Shown: positions 40,472 through 55,767 of the stretch, in pieces | Position numbering within the stretch: the stretch's first letter is position 1 | Layout: every line of letters starts with the position of its first letter | Origin: Octopus vulgaris | Lineage: Eukaryota | Direction of reading: 5' to 3' | NCBI GenBank assembly: GCA_951406725.2 | Contig: OX597816.1 | Span: 119,474,001 to 119,538,000, forward strand | DNA length: 64,000 bases | The notes under the pieces: model-generated | What the model saw: the letters and a program-made list of their open reading frames with translations, nothing else | The model's database searches: none | Told to the model about the DNA's origin: nothing | Translations under genes and position numbers: made by a program

Positions 40472-43027
40472 AGGGTTTCCAATTTAGCATATTTTATGCT
40501 AGATTTAGCATTTTGTTTTTTTGGAGTTTTTTTTCAGCATTTAGCAGAAAAGTTTTAAATCAAGCATTTAATAGGGAAAATAGCAGGTTTGAAATTTCAT
40601 TTAGCAATTTTTTAGCATTTTTCGCTGATCATGGCATTTCCACAATAGTTACCTTTTTTCTTCTTTTTCCTCCTTTTCTACTTTCCTTAATATATCTTCT
40701 AGCCAAATTTTAGTACTATTGGCTATTGTTGAGTTTTTCTTTCACTTTCTTGAAATGAGAGTTTATCAAGAGGAAGTTTATCAAGTTATGAACTTTTCCA
40801 GTAACTCCTCCACCGGCTTGGATACAGAGTTGTGCTGGCGGGGAAAGAGGGAGAAGATAACTCATGCCAGCACCTGAACTCACTGCACAATAATGCAAAT
40901 ATGTTGCAAAGAATGAAAGTATGGAAATTCGTCCTAACAATGCTTTATTCTATAGTGATGAGTTTTTATCATGACAGGTTGATTGATTTACTTTCAGTTT
41001 GACTGTTTTAAAATAGGCCTGCGTTTTTTCATGCTTGTTTTCGATTATATATCTTGTATAGAAGTACGGGGTGGTGGGGTCTCCCCCTTTATATTTCTAC
41101 TTACTTTTTTTTTCAATTATTGTAGTTATATTTGTGGTTTTACCAATAGATATTAAATGTAAGATTGGAAGCGAAATATGATGTTCCCAGGTTTATATCA
41201 GAACACAGTTTAAGGAATTCTGCAGATTTTACTTTTCCATTTATAAGTTGGTCACCATACATCCTGAATCATTATTCTTCACCTCAAGAATTTGTAAGCA
41301 GCACACATAAGAACTGTTAATGACGAATGAAAGAATTGTTAGTGGCAAACTGATGAGTTGTGTTTTCAATTTTATATTTTTATTAATCATTCAATTTATT
41401 TTCTTTCTTCACACTACATTATAATGAGCAAAGAAAACACAAAGTTGCATCAGCAAAAATTCCGAAAGGAAAAGCTTAAGATGCCAGCGTTTACTAAGTA
41501 GTTGTGTGAAGTACTTAGTGACCAATCTAAAGCACATTGTAGATATTGTAGATGTGAAACAAAGAAACATAAGGCATCAACTCTACAGCAAATGATTCCT
41601 CTTACTAACTTTACTAAAACCAAAAATGATAAGACATTTATGTTTGAAGCAAATTTAGCAATGTTTATTTGTTGCCACTCATCATTTAATAGCTGTGATC
41701 ACTTAATAGAGTTATGTAAAAATTATATGTCTGAGAGTGATATTATATTCAAAGTGAATTTGTATCGTACAAATATTGTGAGAAATGTTCTAGCTCCATA
41801 TTTTGATGGATATTTGATTTCTGATATAGGAGATAGAAAATTTAGCCTGTTTTTAGATGAATACAATGATATATCGATAAAAAAATTGTTAGGAACTGTT
41901 ATCATATATTATAGTGACACTCACAAAAAAGTGGTACATACATATCTCAGTATGGTATCGTTAGAAACATGTGATGCAGATGGATTTGTAGATGCCTTAA
42001 AAATTGAATTAGTGAAAAAGAAATTGGATATAAAAAATTTACTGGATATAGGAACCAACAATGCTAGAGTAATGATAGGAATCAACAATGGTGCTTTCCA
42101 GAAATTAAAACAAGTTCCATCGTTATTTCTATTTAGATGTGTATGTCATTCTTTACAGTTGGCAGTATCCCACACTTGTGCTGAATGCTTGCCAATAGAT
42201 TTAGAATTTTAGTATCCGAAACCTATAAATGGTCTTTCATTCTTTAACAAGACAAAATGCTTACAAACAACTTTACATTGCTATCAATGATAAAGAGCCT
42301 TTGAAGATCATGAATTCTTGTACAACTAGGTGGCTGTCAATAGAACCAGTGGTGAGTAGAATTTTAAGCCAATGGTTTGAATTGCAAACTCACTTCCAAA
42401 CTAGAACTACTAAAGAAAAATGCTTTACAGCACAAACGTTACATGAAATGTTTTGTGATTCTAGGAATGAACTTTACCTTTTATTTTTGCATCTAATTTT
42501 AAAACTTGTTCAGGAAGTGAATAAACTGTTTGAATCAAACACTGTTGACAAAACAAAATTACTTGGAGATCTTTCAAATTTGATCAAATCTGTTGTTAAT
42601 ATGATAGTGTTACCAACATGTAGAATCGATCCTCTTGAACCGGATGCTTCTACTGAAAAATTTCTGAATCCTAAGCCAAATTTAGGCTACATGTTCGAGA
42701 GATAGATAGCAGAAATGATTACCAAGAAGATTGTAACAGCCACCGAAGAAAATAATATTCGCAAGACCTTGAATGTGTATAGAAGTCAAGACCTAGGCAC
42801 TGCAGCTGAAAGAGATCAAATCAGTGAAATGCAAGAAATTATTTCTCAATGCAGAATATAATTAAAGAAAGTAAATAAAAATGTAAATAAAAATTAAGCT
42901 TTTTGTCTTTAACATTAATAATTAGTCTTTAACATCTTTTTGTCATATTTAGCATTTTAAAGCATTTTTTTCGTATTTTTTCTACTGAAATTTAGCAAAA
43001 ATTACTGATTTTAAGTTGGCAACACTG
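40472..43027 (+). mobile_element. hAT-superfamily DNA transposon (Tip100-type ends), defective
   Basis: Ends AGGGTTTCCAA and TTGGCAACACTG with many TTTAGCA subterminal repeats. Degenerate duplication ATTACAA / ATTATAAC. Confidence 0.85.
41424..42860 (+). pseudogene. hAT transposase, disrupted
   Basis: BED-like CRYC, FSLFLDE, IGTNNARVMIG, CVCHSLQLA (CxxH) and TRWLS motifs. In-frame stops and a frameshift near 42210. Confidence 0.9.
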
Positions 43028-43452
43028 ATTATAACTATATGTGCGCGACATAGTGATTTGATATCAAGATAAACAACGCATGAACTTGCAGGTGAGGCCC
43101 AGTTAGAACTTTTTTCAGGCCCAGTAGTTCATCCTGCTCAAAAGGTTTCTGAATAAGGGTTGCTTAAGGATGATGAACGATAAACCCTTGTTTCCAGAGG
43201 CGAATTATTCAATTCCCGAAGAGGTCTTCTCAACACATGGCTATGTTCTTCCTCTATTATTATTATTATTATTATTATTGTTGTTGTTGTTGTTAAGGCG
43301 GTGAGTCGGCAGAATCGTTAGCACGCCGGGCAAAAATGCTTAGCGGTATTTCGTTCGTTTTTACGTTCTGGGTACAAATTCCGCAGTAGTCGACTTTGCC
43401 TTTCATCCTTTCAGGGTCGATAAATTAAGTACGTGCCTTTAGTAGAAAGGAT

Positions 43453-43589
<137 letters not shown>

Positions 43590-44233
43590 AAAAGGATTAT
43601 TATTATTATTTCCATAACGATGGAGACGTCTACCATGAAAACGCTGACCAACTGCACCGACTAACCACGTCAGAACCACAAAGCTATTAATTAAAGCGAC
43701 ATCTGACGAGGTCAGGTTATATGACGGTGATGGCGAGGAAAGGCACACAAGAAGGAGAGGAGGAGGATAAACAGGGACAGAGAGAGAGGGGGAGGCGAGG
43801 GAGAATCAGAAAAAGCAACGTAGAAAGGTGTCAGCCACAAACTGAATAATCATGATAAACTTTGATAGACAATAACTCAGCTGACAATGTTGACGACAAT
43901 AAAGTAAGACAATAACAAGATCAACAACAACAAAAACTGTGTATTGATGAGGATGAGAAGATGGTACAGAAGATTATGAAGCTTGAAGTTTTGATAACGT
44001 TTCTTACACAATCAAACTCGTCATCAATGCAAAAGCAGCGACGACAAACTGCTACTTGTTTTTAACTGCTTCATTAGTTATTCAAAAGGATATAAAGACC
44101 GAATTTTAATGGCCGCACGATTTGATTTTTCACAGCATAATTGTCTCTACATTTATATCTGTGTATATAGGTTTTTGTGTTAGCGTGCGCATTTTATTTT
44201 TTATGCGTGTGTGTGTGTGTATGTGTGTACGCA

Positions 44234-44672
44234 TGTAGTGATGTACGCGGGTATGCGTGCATACGTATGTGTGTAATGTATGTTCATGTGCGAGCGTGTG
44301 CCTGTGAGTGCAGGCGTGAATGTTTGTATGTTCGTATGTCTATGTCCACATGTTCCTCTATGTCTTCCGTCCCCCTTGTAATAGACCTGCTGCAAGCCAA
44401 TTCAGTCAGTCAGTCATTCATTCATTTTCATTTCACTCGTTCTCAGTTGAAACAGAAGACACGTGTTACAGAGGCGGTGGGTCGTCGGATACTAAACCGA
44501 GCGTGGACTTAACAGAGGTGGAAGGGAAGTAAGCGATTTCGTTAAACAGGCATTTTCAAGGAGCAGCGACGTCAGATGTCGAAACAAAAGGCAGTTGAGA
44601 TTGAATCCGCATTAAATATTTGGCAGAGATTCACCAAGTCACTCGCGTCCTACTCACTCCGATACTTCACTA
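44234..44672 (+). mobile_element. Possible solo LTR
   Basis: About 440 bp bounded by TGTAGTGA and TCACTA, CpG-richer than its flanks, with an internal ATTAAA. No clear TSD and no terminal CA. Confidence 0.3.
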
Positions 44673-45831
44673 GTAACCTTTGACTTAACGTTTTCATACA
44701 GCGAATGTATAGGGAAGTGGTTTTTTTGGTTTAATTCGGTGCCGGGTTTCTTTTATTTATTTTTATTTTTTGATGGTGGTATAGTATGAGATTGGAAGCT
44801 TGTGTTTTCTCCTTGATAACATAAAAACGGTGCCACATAGAAATTCATTTATACAAGCATACAAAGGTGGTGTTGTGATGATGTGTCAGAAAGTACAGGG
44901 TACAGAACTAAGTGAATTGTAGTCTTTAATTATGTCTCTTACTGATCAAGGTTCAAATCGCCGTGAACTCGTCTTCCTTTTTCAGCCCTCAAGTGGCTAT
45001 AAAAACAAATACCAGTTATAGTTTTTGTTGTTGTTATCGTTGTTGGTGGTACTATTTAGCCCTAGGTCATTTCTGATGGAATACATCTATCAATTACAAC
45101 ATCCTGTGATTCTGCCCACCTACTACAAAAACGCTATAATAAAAGCTCCACTTTCGTTCGTTTCATTCTGAAAATGAGATCAAAATAGTTTTGAAATGTT
45201 AATGGGCATAAAACACATTCTCATTCCAAACTAAAATTTAATAAAAACTTAATAATTAGGATATATATATATATTAGGATATATATATATATGAAAAATA
45301 ATTAATAAAGTGATCAACCTCAAACACAACGACTTCAATGGAACCTTTTTTAAGTAAAAACTGTTCTCTATCTACATAAATATATACATACACATAATAA
45401 ACACACACACATACACACACATATTTGGTTATTTTATGCTATATAAAACATACACGCGTTTCGGAAAATTAACTGGCAGGATTACACAGGATTCCTCTCG
45501 TCGCTATGATTAGGAGAACGCTCATCCCTCCACTGGATACTTAAGAAGTCTTTCATTTAGTCTAGTACAGCAGTCACAGTTATAACGCTGTCCAGAGTCC
45601 ATCTTATAGTTTATTTAGGAATTACGCAATCTCTGATGATTTGATAACTTACCTACAAAATTCTTATACTACAGATATTGTTTTTAGTAATATTTGCATA
45701 AGATGGCGTAACTAAATACATTATGAATAATATCTACTGTTTTTATTTTTTTCCTACGTGTATTTTTTGATGTTTCAATCTATAGAAACTAACGAATGGA
45801 AACTCAGACTACGATACGAGCTCTTGCAGTT

Positions 45832-45874
<43 letters not shown>

Positions 45875-46189
45875 AACGTTCATGGATTTCTAAATACTGG
45901 TTATCTTTCTCAGGCCATAAATCTCATAAAACTGGTTATTCAATTTCCATGGCGTATAAGTGATCGAGATCATAGCATTCCCATTGAACGAGACGCCGGT
46001 CAGTTGCAGAGTTCAGAGCCGTGTGATATAGGTTTATAGAAGATGGCATCTTGACTGGTTTGTCGATGCATCAGACTGAATGCCTGTCAGTATCTGAGTT
46101 CAAATCCCGCCAGTCACCTTTTCTTACATCCTTTCGGGGCTGATAAGAAAAGTCTCCATCCAGTGGTACGGTCGATTCCTTCCTCTCGC

Positions 46190-46325
<136 letters not shown>

Positions 46326-46829
46326 AGAAGTCGCTCGTGTTCAGACCTGGAAAGGATATATATCGCCAAGCTTAAAATGCACACAGATAATGCATGCGTG
46401 CGTGCGCGCGCGCACACACATACATAAATACAAGTACGATCCAATGATCCAGGTATATTGAGTTTAGTAAGCTTCGGGCATATATGCAGCAAGTATAGAT
46501 GACAAAAGGTGGACAAAATATTATAAAACGAGTTTATTAACATCGTAAGTTACACCCTTCGTCCCATACTGATAACAAAGGAAATTTCGATAAGCTAACA
46601 GTCACCATACAACTCACGGTTTAGCCACTAGAGTTGCTAAAAATGCTAATAAAATTCTGAGACTGTAAGGAATGGAACGCGTAAAACACGAATTGCGATC
46701 TTTTCAAATCAAACCCATAATTAGCTAAGCTGGTTCTCTGTAGGTTACAACTTAAGTAACTAACATTGCTTTGCTATGAAACGATCGTAGTCTGTGTTTT
46801 ATCTGTCCCATTCCTTGTATTTAATTCGA

Positions 46830-46951
<122 letters not shown>

Positions 46952-47979
46952 TGTGTGGTGACTGCTACAGGAGAAGGCTATCTGTTCATTTAAATCTCGT
47001 ATGACTAGCAAGTCAAGCTTTAGACAAACAGATCCTACTGCAGATGTTACAAACACTTTTAGACAGAAAGCGTGTCAGAGATTGAAGTCAAGTTCTGTTT
47101 GTGAAGTGCTCTTTTCAAGACAGAGCATTCGTTTCTCCGTGTTTCAAATACTTTAGAATCATTGTTGACCACTTCTTTCCAAAACGATCGATTTTCCGTT
47201 ACCTGTTTCCAGTCTTCAACATCCACCCTAAGAGACTTAAGGTTGTTTTTGACGGTTTAAGGTTATTGTTAAAGTAAGAAACAAAAACGTTTCTTACTTT
47301 AAATGTCTCGGACATTCACCACATTGTAGCTCTCTACAAAACAACCGCTTATGAGAATCTCAATGCTGAATGTGTTAGGTCGCTGAAGTCTAGTGTCAGA
47401 AACTGCTATTTGATACTTAAGACCGTCCTAAGGTGAACTTGACGGAATCTTTCCAAGGCCTTGAAGTGACAACAAAATATATTTCAAGCCTCAGAAGAGT
47501 ATAAGAGGGCATATACTTTTAAAACCAGTATTATGGAGTCACGTTTAACTAAATTTCGTTGACCACTGACCAAAGAAATTATATCTGTACAGATAAAAAT
47601 AGCTATCTCGAGAAATCAAGTACTGCTGATTGATGACGATAATCAGTTCTATAATAGAAAATCCATTTAGGTCTGTTGCGTCTAGTTCAGCTCTCTGTCT
47701 CTTTTGCATTATTAACTTAGTATTTACTATATGGATTGATATCAGTCTAATAGATTTCGATGTCAGTCAATTAACATATAAATAGATTTTAGATGTAAGA
47801 TTTGGACCATATGAATGTGTATTTAGATCGTTCATAATTTCGGAACATATTCAGATATTCTTGCAATTTATAACGACTACATCGTTTTTTTTTTACTCGA
47901 CTAAGCACAAATTTCTATTCCTTGTAAGAGAATTCAATATGGTCGGTTAATTTACTTTAGCGATATTTATTACCAAGTG

Positions 47980-48330
47980 TGCGCCTGTACAGCGGGATAC
48001 GTAGGCGTACAGCGAGACAAGAACGCGTCTCTGTTTCTGGTGAGACTTCTTTTTTCGTTGTAGTTTTTAATGGATTCACCAGGTCCTCTGAGAATAATGA
48101 CGATTGAAACCGATGAGGCTGACCTTCTTGAACAATTGTAAGAAGGTGATTTGAGAAACAAGGACGGGGAAGGAATTCATGAGGACAGACATTCTGAGGA
48201 AGACAGCTTGAACATAGCGGTCGGTCAGTGTGGACCTTAGTAGGGAGTAGATACAATTTGGATGATGAGAAAAAGCGAGAAACATGAACTAAGTTGTTTT
48301 GGATGGTGGTGGTGTAGGCATGAAACCAGA
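47980..48330 (-). mobile_element. Possible decayed Penelope-like RT fragment
   Basis: YLLPTKVHTDRPLCSSC resembles the PLE RT motif Y.LPKIHK...RPI.S. Confidence 0.4.
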
Positions 48331-49269
48331 GCCCACTCTATAAGCTATCGAAAAGGAAAACTGAGGAGACGATATAGGCGTGGATCAAAATTTTGAGCGT
48401 GTTCATCAACAGGTTCATGCCAACGAGAGTCAGCTGGCCTTCTTTTATATTTGGTCAATGATGCCGAGTGTGTAACAACAGCACAAACAATATATGGGAG
48501 CAGTAGTTTGTAGCTACAGTATCAGATGGTATGCCTTTTGGTTATCTGTTCCGATTCTTTGGTGCCGGGTTGTATTGGGTCTTCATTTCTTTTCTTGGAC
48601 ATTACCGATGTGAACAGAGAAGACATGCTTGAACACGGAAACCGCAGGTCTTCTCATGAGGCTTCTGATTTAGGTGCGAGACAGATGGAGAGGGAGCAAC
48701 TGCAACCATATACACACACACGCACACCCACACATGCACACCCACACACACACACACAAACGCGCGCGCGCACACACAAACGGCGAACGCGCGTGCAGAG
48801 GTTCCATTTACGAAATTTACTCACAAAGCGTTAGTCTAATAGAAGATGCATGCTCAAAATGAAATGCCGCCCAGAGAGACTGAACCCAAATTCACGTGGC
48901 TGCAAAGTGAACTACTCAATCACACATCCATGCTTGTGCATCTGTGTTTGTGTGTGAAGGGGTAAGCGCGCCTGTGTGTGTATAAATATGTACGTATGCA
49001 TATATGTTTGTATGTAAACATACATAGATACATGCATGCAAACATACACACATACAGACATAGACATATAAATAACATAATAAATATGCATCCAATGTAT
49101 TCCTTTATTCCTTTACTCCTTTATTCTTTTATTCTTTTACTGGTTTCAATCAGTGGTTATAGCCATGCTGGGCGCCACCTTGAAATCCATATTTACCGCA
49201 TTTTTGCCCATATGCTACTTATTTGAATTTTAATACACACACACACACGTACGCACATATATATAAATT

Positions 49270-49337
<68 letters not shown>

Positions 49338-49522
49338 CCCATTCACACACACATATATATATACATACATACTTATACACATGTTTATGTCAAGATTTTT
49401 TTACATTTTCTTGTTTGTGTTTATCTGCGAGTGCGCCTCAGCGTGTGATCGTGTGTCTAAATGTGCGTACGTCTATGCGGTGTGTGTACGTATCTGACTA
49501 GGTGCGTGTGTATGTATGTGTG

Positions 49523-49564
<42 letters not shown>

Positions 49565-50823
49565 CATACATACATACATACATACATACATACATACATA
49601 CATACATAAATATATACGTACATACATACATACATACATACATACATACATGCCAAGTCAGATGCGAACACGCGCATACACACACACACACACACACTCA
49701 CACACACAGACACACACACAGACACACACACACATAGTGGAATGACGGTAGAAAATAAATATTGACAAAGTTTATTTTTAACAGATTTTTGTGGTTGTTT
49801 TAAGTTTAACTATAATTCGATTGATTGACTTTTCCACTCCCCACATTGATTTTGTTGACTGTTTTCCTGTTGTTGTTGTTGCTGTTGTTGTTGTCTCCCT
49901 TGATATGATTCTTTTTTTGTCAAGGGAGGCGAGGAAATGAAAAATTACCCAGATAAACTCCAAAGGTCGAGTCGTGCGCGAATGAAAAGATTGCTGTGTC
50001 TATATGACAGCCTTAACAGACGCAAAAACAATAAAGATTCCTTCAGAGGCAAAATTAAGAAATGAAACGAGTGAGACATTAGGGTTCAGCATTTATTATT
50101 TCCTTAGAACAGGGGAGGGGGATTGCAATATGGGAACAGAGTTGGAATTAATTAAAGGGGAAGAAAGAAAGGAAAGAAGGTGGACAGAAAAAGAGAGAGT
50201 GAATGAATGAGAGAGAGTGAGTGAGTGAGAAAGTGAGTGAGTGAAAGTGTGAGAGTGAGTGAGTGAGAAAGTGAGTGAGTGAAAGTGTGAGAGTGAGTGA
50301 GTGAAAGAGAGACGGTTAGTGAGTGAAAAGAGAGAGAATGAATGAAAGAAAGAGAGAAAAAGAGAATGAGTGAGAAAGTGAAGAAGTGAGAGAGTGAATA
50401 AGTGAAAGTCAGAGAGTGTGTGAGTGAAAGAAAGAGAGATTGAGTGAGTGAGTGAAAGAGAGAGTTGAAGGTGATGTTTGACATGAAAGAAAGCAAAGAG
50501 GAAAAATAAGAAGTGAGAAGAAAAACAAGAAAAACAAGAACAAGAAGTAAGAGGAAAGGTAGGAGGGGGTGAAAGAAAAGAGATGTTTGCTAGACAGTAT
50601 TCTTTTCTTCTTTTACCTATTTCAGTCATTTGACTACGGCCATGCTGGAGCACACCTTCAGTCGAACAAATCGAACCCAGGACTTATTTTTTTAAAACCT
50701 AGTACTTATTCTATCGGTCTTTTAGCCGAACAGCTAAGTTACGGGGATGTAAACACAGCAACATCGATTGTCAAATGACGCTGGGGGAAAAACACACACA
50801 CACACACACACAAACATATGCAT

Positions 50824-50886
<63 letters not shown>

Positions 50887-51231
50887 TGTGTGTGTGTACG
50901 ACGGGTTTCTTTCAGTTTCCGTTTACCAGATCCAGTAACAAGCCTTTGGTCGACCCGACGCTATTGTAGAAGACACTTGCCCAAGGTGCCACGCAGTGGG
51001 ACTGAACCTGGAACCATGTGGTTGGTGGTTGGTAAGCAAGCTACTTACCACACAGTCACTCCTGTTCAGATTTAAAATAATGAATGACGACTATGTTCAT
51101 GTGTTTCATCAAGGATATTAATAAGTAAGATAAAATTGTGTCGGGCGATAATCGAAGCCGTGTCGATATCTTGGTTTGCTTGATGTTCCACGGATCATGT
51201 CATCCCTCGCCGATATGAAACTACAGAAAAA

Positions 51232-51614
51232 TGGTGAGCTGGCAGAATCGTTAGAATGCCGGGCGAAATGCTTAGCGGCATTTCGTCTGCCATTACGTTC
51301 TGAGTTCAAATTCCGCCGAGGTCATCCTTTCGGGGTCGATAAATTAAGTACCAGTTACGCACTGGGGTCGATATAATCGATTTAATCCGTTTGTCTGTGC
51401 TTGTTTGTCCTCTCTGTGTTTAGCCCCTTGTGGGCAGTAAAGAAATAGGTATTTCGTCTGTCTTTACGTTCTGAGTTCAAATTCCGCCGAGGTCGACTTT
51501 GCCTTTCATCCTTTCGGGGTCGATAAATTAAGTACCAGTTGCGTACTGGAGTCGATCTAATCGACTGACCCCTCCCCCAAAATTTCGGGCCTTGTGCCTA
51601 GAATAGAAAAGGAT
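51232..51614 (+). mobile_element. SINE family 1 dimer (second copy)
   Basis: Same head, core, Tx1-like internal tail (51405-51445), junction and second monomer as 26497-26892. Confidence 0.9.
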
Positions 51615-51727
51615 ATGCAACCACAGACATGCACATGCAAGCACACACATACGCACACACGCACAAACGCACACACACATATACAACACACACACAAACA
51701 AACAAACAATACACACATGACACCATT

Positions 51728-51819
<92 letters not shown>

Positions 51820-51956
51820 TGTAGTGTTATAATAAAAGCAATTTTCCTTTACATTGAAGGGTTCTTCAGTATTTTAGTAGAATACGTATTTACTGTTCTT
51901 TTACAAAAATTGTGTTGACAGTGACTTTGAAGCTTTGGCCTCCTTAGCCTTCATTT

Positions 51957-52009
<53 letters not shown>

Positions 52010-52127
52010 ATAATATGTGACAATTATTCGATAGCCATGAAAAATTCCGAGAATCGAACTCATGTGAGCCCGATGGTCTTGCCACTAAGCCATACGCCTT
52101 CACTCTTATATAGATATACATACACAC

Positions 52128-52158
<31 letters not shown>

Positions 52159-52610
52159 TAGCCACACATATGTACACGCACACGCTTCTGTAGCCTCCTA
52201 GATTTTATGTTATAGTCATTGGAACGGAAACCAAACCAATATAGTATCAAATAACATGCCCCTCTGTCCACACATAACACCATTGTGTCAGGTGTAGACA
52301 TTTGGCATACCAGTTTCCTGGGGGAACGACCAAGTAAACCTATGCAAGATTCTTCCGTAAACGTTCGAAAAAAAAACATATTAAGAAAAGGAAGAAACAA
52401 GGAGAGAAGGAGGAGGTAGCAGCGATGACGATGAACAACTACAGAAACAATATCAATACTTACGCCAAGTGTTGTCTTGCTAACAAAGGCGTCACCACGT
52501 GGGTTCTCGATTTGCTAGAAATAGTCACCAAATCTTCTTCAATTGGCATACTCTCGTCGCCATCTCTGTAGTCATATGTGTGTGAATGTGTGTGTGTGTA
52601 CACATACATA

Positions 52611-52995
52611 CAGGGTGCGATGGGTAAATTGTCGCTATTTTATATTTCTAATTTCGCGCATGTGCATTGTTTATTTTTGATTTTGTCGACTACACAGTAT
52701 AGCAGGTTCAGTTGGGCACCGTCTGTGAGAAAAACAGCGCCATGACGCAATTCACTCTGGCAGAAATTTGGAAATGACATGATGTACTGCTTGGCATTCG
52801 TGCCAGAAGCTCCAGTATGAACAGATGGTGAACACATACAACAACCGGTGGTTTGGCGTGTTCCCAAAGTATGTACCGAGAGTGATAAAAATCAAACATC
52901 CAGTCAACATCATGGTGTTCGGAGTGATCACTAGTGATGGCAACGTTATGCCTCCATTCATCTTCCCACACGGCCTCAGACTCAACACGAAGGCC
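52611..52995 (+). mobile_element. maT-type Tc1/mariner 5' fragment with internal deletion
   Basis: TA-CAGGGTGCG terminus, then NNRW...KHPVNIMVFGVITSDGNVMPPFIFPHGLRLN. Confidence 0.8.
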
Positions 52996-53824
52996 TGTAT
53001 GTATGTATATATATATATATATAAACGAAAAACAAAACCAGTCAAAAGATGAACGGACTCAGTAGAGTCAACAGGCATCCAACAGCAGAAAGTGAGACTC
53101 CTTGTCTTTGCTTAGTCATCTCTCTTGCAGAAGGAAATTCTGAAATGATACTCACCTGATTACGAATCTGGAGATTTTGCATTTGCTTGTTTCTGCATTA
53201 CTTGGTTTCGTAGGTAAGAGTCTTAACAGTATTGTGCCAGCTGTTATCAACTTTAAATTTCAGTGCGGGCATTGCTGACAACCATTGCCTTCAACATCTT
53301 TGGATAAGATAATTTGTTAGTGATAGTCGTGCTCATCTACGAGTTGACAGCCAGCTTGTATGCATAATAGAGGCTACAAATAAATGTATATTGGCGTGGA
53401 GAGTAAGAAGTTTGTAAGTTACTGAGAAAATCATGGAAGTTGAAAGTGATCTTACTGATAACTGGTTTTCTATCCATAGCGAGATTGTCATTTACTATAC
53501 GGCTGTCCAGAATACCTGTAACCAAAGACGTTATTGTCCACAAATTGAAATATAAACCAAATTTTAAAAAATATAAAATGAACACCAACGATCAAATGGG
53601 TGAGTGTGATATATTTGTAGAGTGACAGTCTGATGACACTAAGGTGGTATGTTTGAAGAACCAGTTACTTCTAGTATTACATTTCGTTCAAATGTAGATA
53701 TTTATAAAAGAAACTATTGAACACGAGTCAAATAGTTAGCATTTGAGGAGCATTAGATTATTTGAAGAGGGACAACGATGAACAGTCAAGTAAATACTGC
53801 TGCTACTGCTACTCCCGCTGTTGT

Positions 53825-54015
53825 TGTTTAACCTAGGTCAAACACATGATCAAATGCATTTTAATAACGACCATTCAGTTTTTTCAAGACGTACAATACT
53901 TCACTCATTCTCTGATATGACCTTCTCTTTTTAAGACTTTAAGGGTGTCATTTAAAAGATATTTACTTGCTATTTCTACCAGGTTAAGCGACTGAACAGA
54001 AACTCTTTTCTCGTT
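53825..54015 (+). mobile_element. Old dispersed repeat (SINE-like) with a TTGCTATTTCTAGC block
   Basis: Related degenerate blocks at ~690-850, 2040-2120, 17310-17500, 28600-28830(-) and 52500-52570(-). Confidence 0.45.
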
Positions 54016-54169
54016 GATTCGCATAGTTCGAAGGAAAATATTTACGGAGAAAGCATATTGAGCTCAAGTCACATCGTTGACATTTTTGCTCGATACAAAG
54101 AGTGTTTGAAGCGGAATAGCTATTCGTCAAGCAAACAGTCATTACTGTTGCTGCTGTTGTTGCTGTTGG

Positions 54170-54222
<53 letters not shown>

Positions 54223-54635
54223 GGTGGTGGTGGTGGTGGTGGTGGTGTTTAGCTCCTGGGTCAATCCTGATCGTTCAGTCTAGAAGTGCGGAGCTTTAAT
54301 TTTCAAGTTAACTGCCATTAGACAAATCCGAATTTCAAAAAGTCTGCTGCGATATCTGTCATAGAAATTAACGAGTGTTTCATTTCGTTGCTATAATATG
54401 CTATAGAACATACCTGCAAAAATCTTTTGGCCAATACTGTTTGTTAACGTATCACTAATTTAGCATTCAAACGAGTTATCAAGAAACTGTTTAATATGCA
54501 AATTGCTGTATCCAGTTTACTTTAGCCACTATTATCATTAGATTTATAAGCAATTTTTGCGTGGATAGTTAGTGAAGATACTCAGCTGCTCACGTAATAT
54601 GCATCCGTTCTTTCTTTTCCTGTCTGCAGAGGTAC

Positions 54636-54666
<31 letters not shown>

Positions 54667-55488
54667 ATAAAAACGGAAACTAATTTCTGTGTTTCAGTGT
54701 CACACTTCGGCCTCCTCTCTCACTGTTCATGGACACTTCTACTATTGCTCATGCTGGGATGTGAGTAACACTAGGCATAGAGACAGTGAGAGCGGTGGCG
54801 ATGACAGAAAGAAAAAGAAAGGGAGTGAAGGAGAGTTAAAGACATTTAAGGAGAGTTGATGATATTTTTATTAAAAGTAGTAGTGTTGACGGTGTCAGTG
54901 GGAGTAATAATAAGAGTGAGAGAAAGAGTGGGTATGTGAGAGAAAGAGGGACTGAACACTGAACCAACATACTGAATACAATTCTTTTACACACATTTAG
55001 CCTTTTTGTAATGGTATTGGCGTGATAGTAATAGTATGAACTATAGTTGTGATAGAGGTGGAAGCGGCGGTGATGGCGGTGATGGTGGTGGTGGTGGTGG
55101 TGGTGATGGTGGTAGCCGAGGCGGTCAGGGATGACGGTGAGAATAAGTGATGAGAAAGACAGTGGTAATAGTGGTGGAGGGGAAGATGGCAAAGTCAAAG
55201 ATATTGATGGTGGTGGCGTCAGAAGTCTGAAGGGTATGTGTGTATGGAAGATGTGGTAGCGATGTTGGTGGTACTGTTGTTTATCGTGCAGCTTTGCAAT
55301 ACGTTCTAAGTCGACAAATTATATCACTGACTTGATGAAAATTGTTCATTGCTTGAAAAATATTGCTCAAGCGTTTAATAAAATTTAATATGTACTCAAT
55401 GCATGAAGTGTCATTGTTGGGCCCAAGGCTAAATGAAGAGCCCTCCTATCTGGCAGCTTTTAAGCTAGTATATATATATGTGTGTGTG

Positions 55489-55530
<42 letters not shown>

Positions 55531-55675
55531 TTATAGAAACGCTAGATGTGGTAACATCCACCAGACTGCAATAGTCAATACAATAGAAATAAAATGTAAA
55601 AGTTTATTTTTTTCTGTACAGCCCTGTACCAAATTATCCAGGGCTCGGTGGCTGAGGGCCCCTGTACATTATAAC

Positions 55676-55761
<86 letters not shown>

Positions 55762-55767
<6 letters not shown>

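Noticed and set aside
52200-52400. Possible exon after a polypyrimidine tract on the minus strand
   Set aside because: No recognisable product, no convincing donor site, and the ORF runs into microsatellite.
53150-53640. Host coding exon on the minus strand ending at a CAG/GTGAGT donor (53150-53158)
   Set aside because: All three frames have stops shortly upstream and no recognisable protein motif is present. A non-coding exon cannot be excluded without RNA data.
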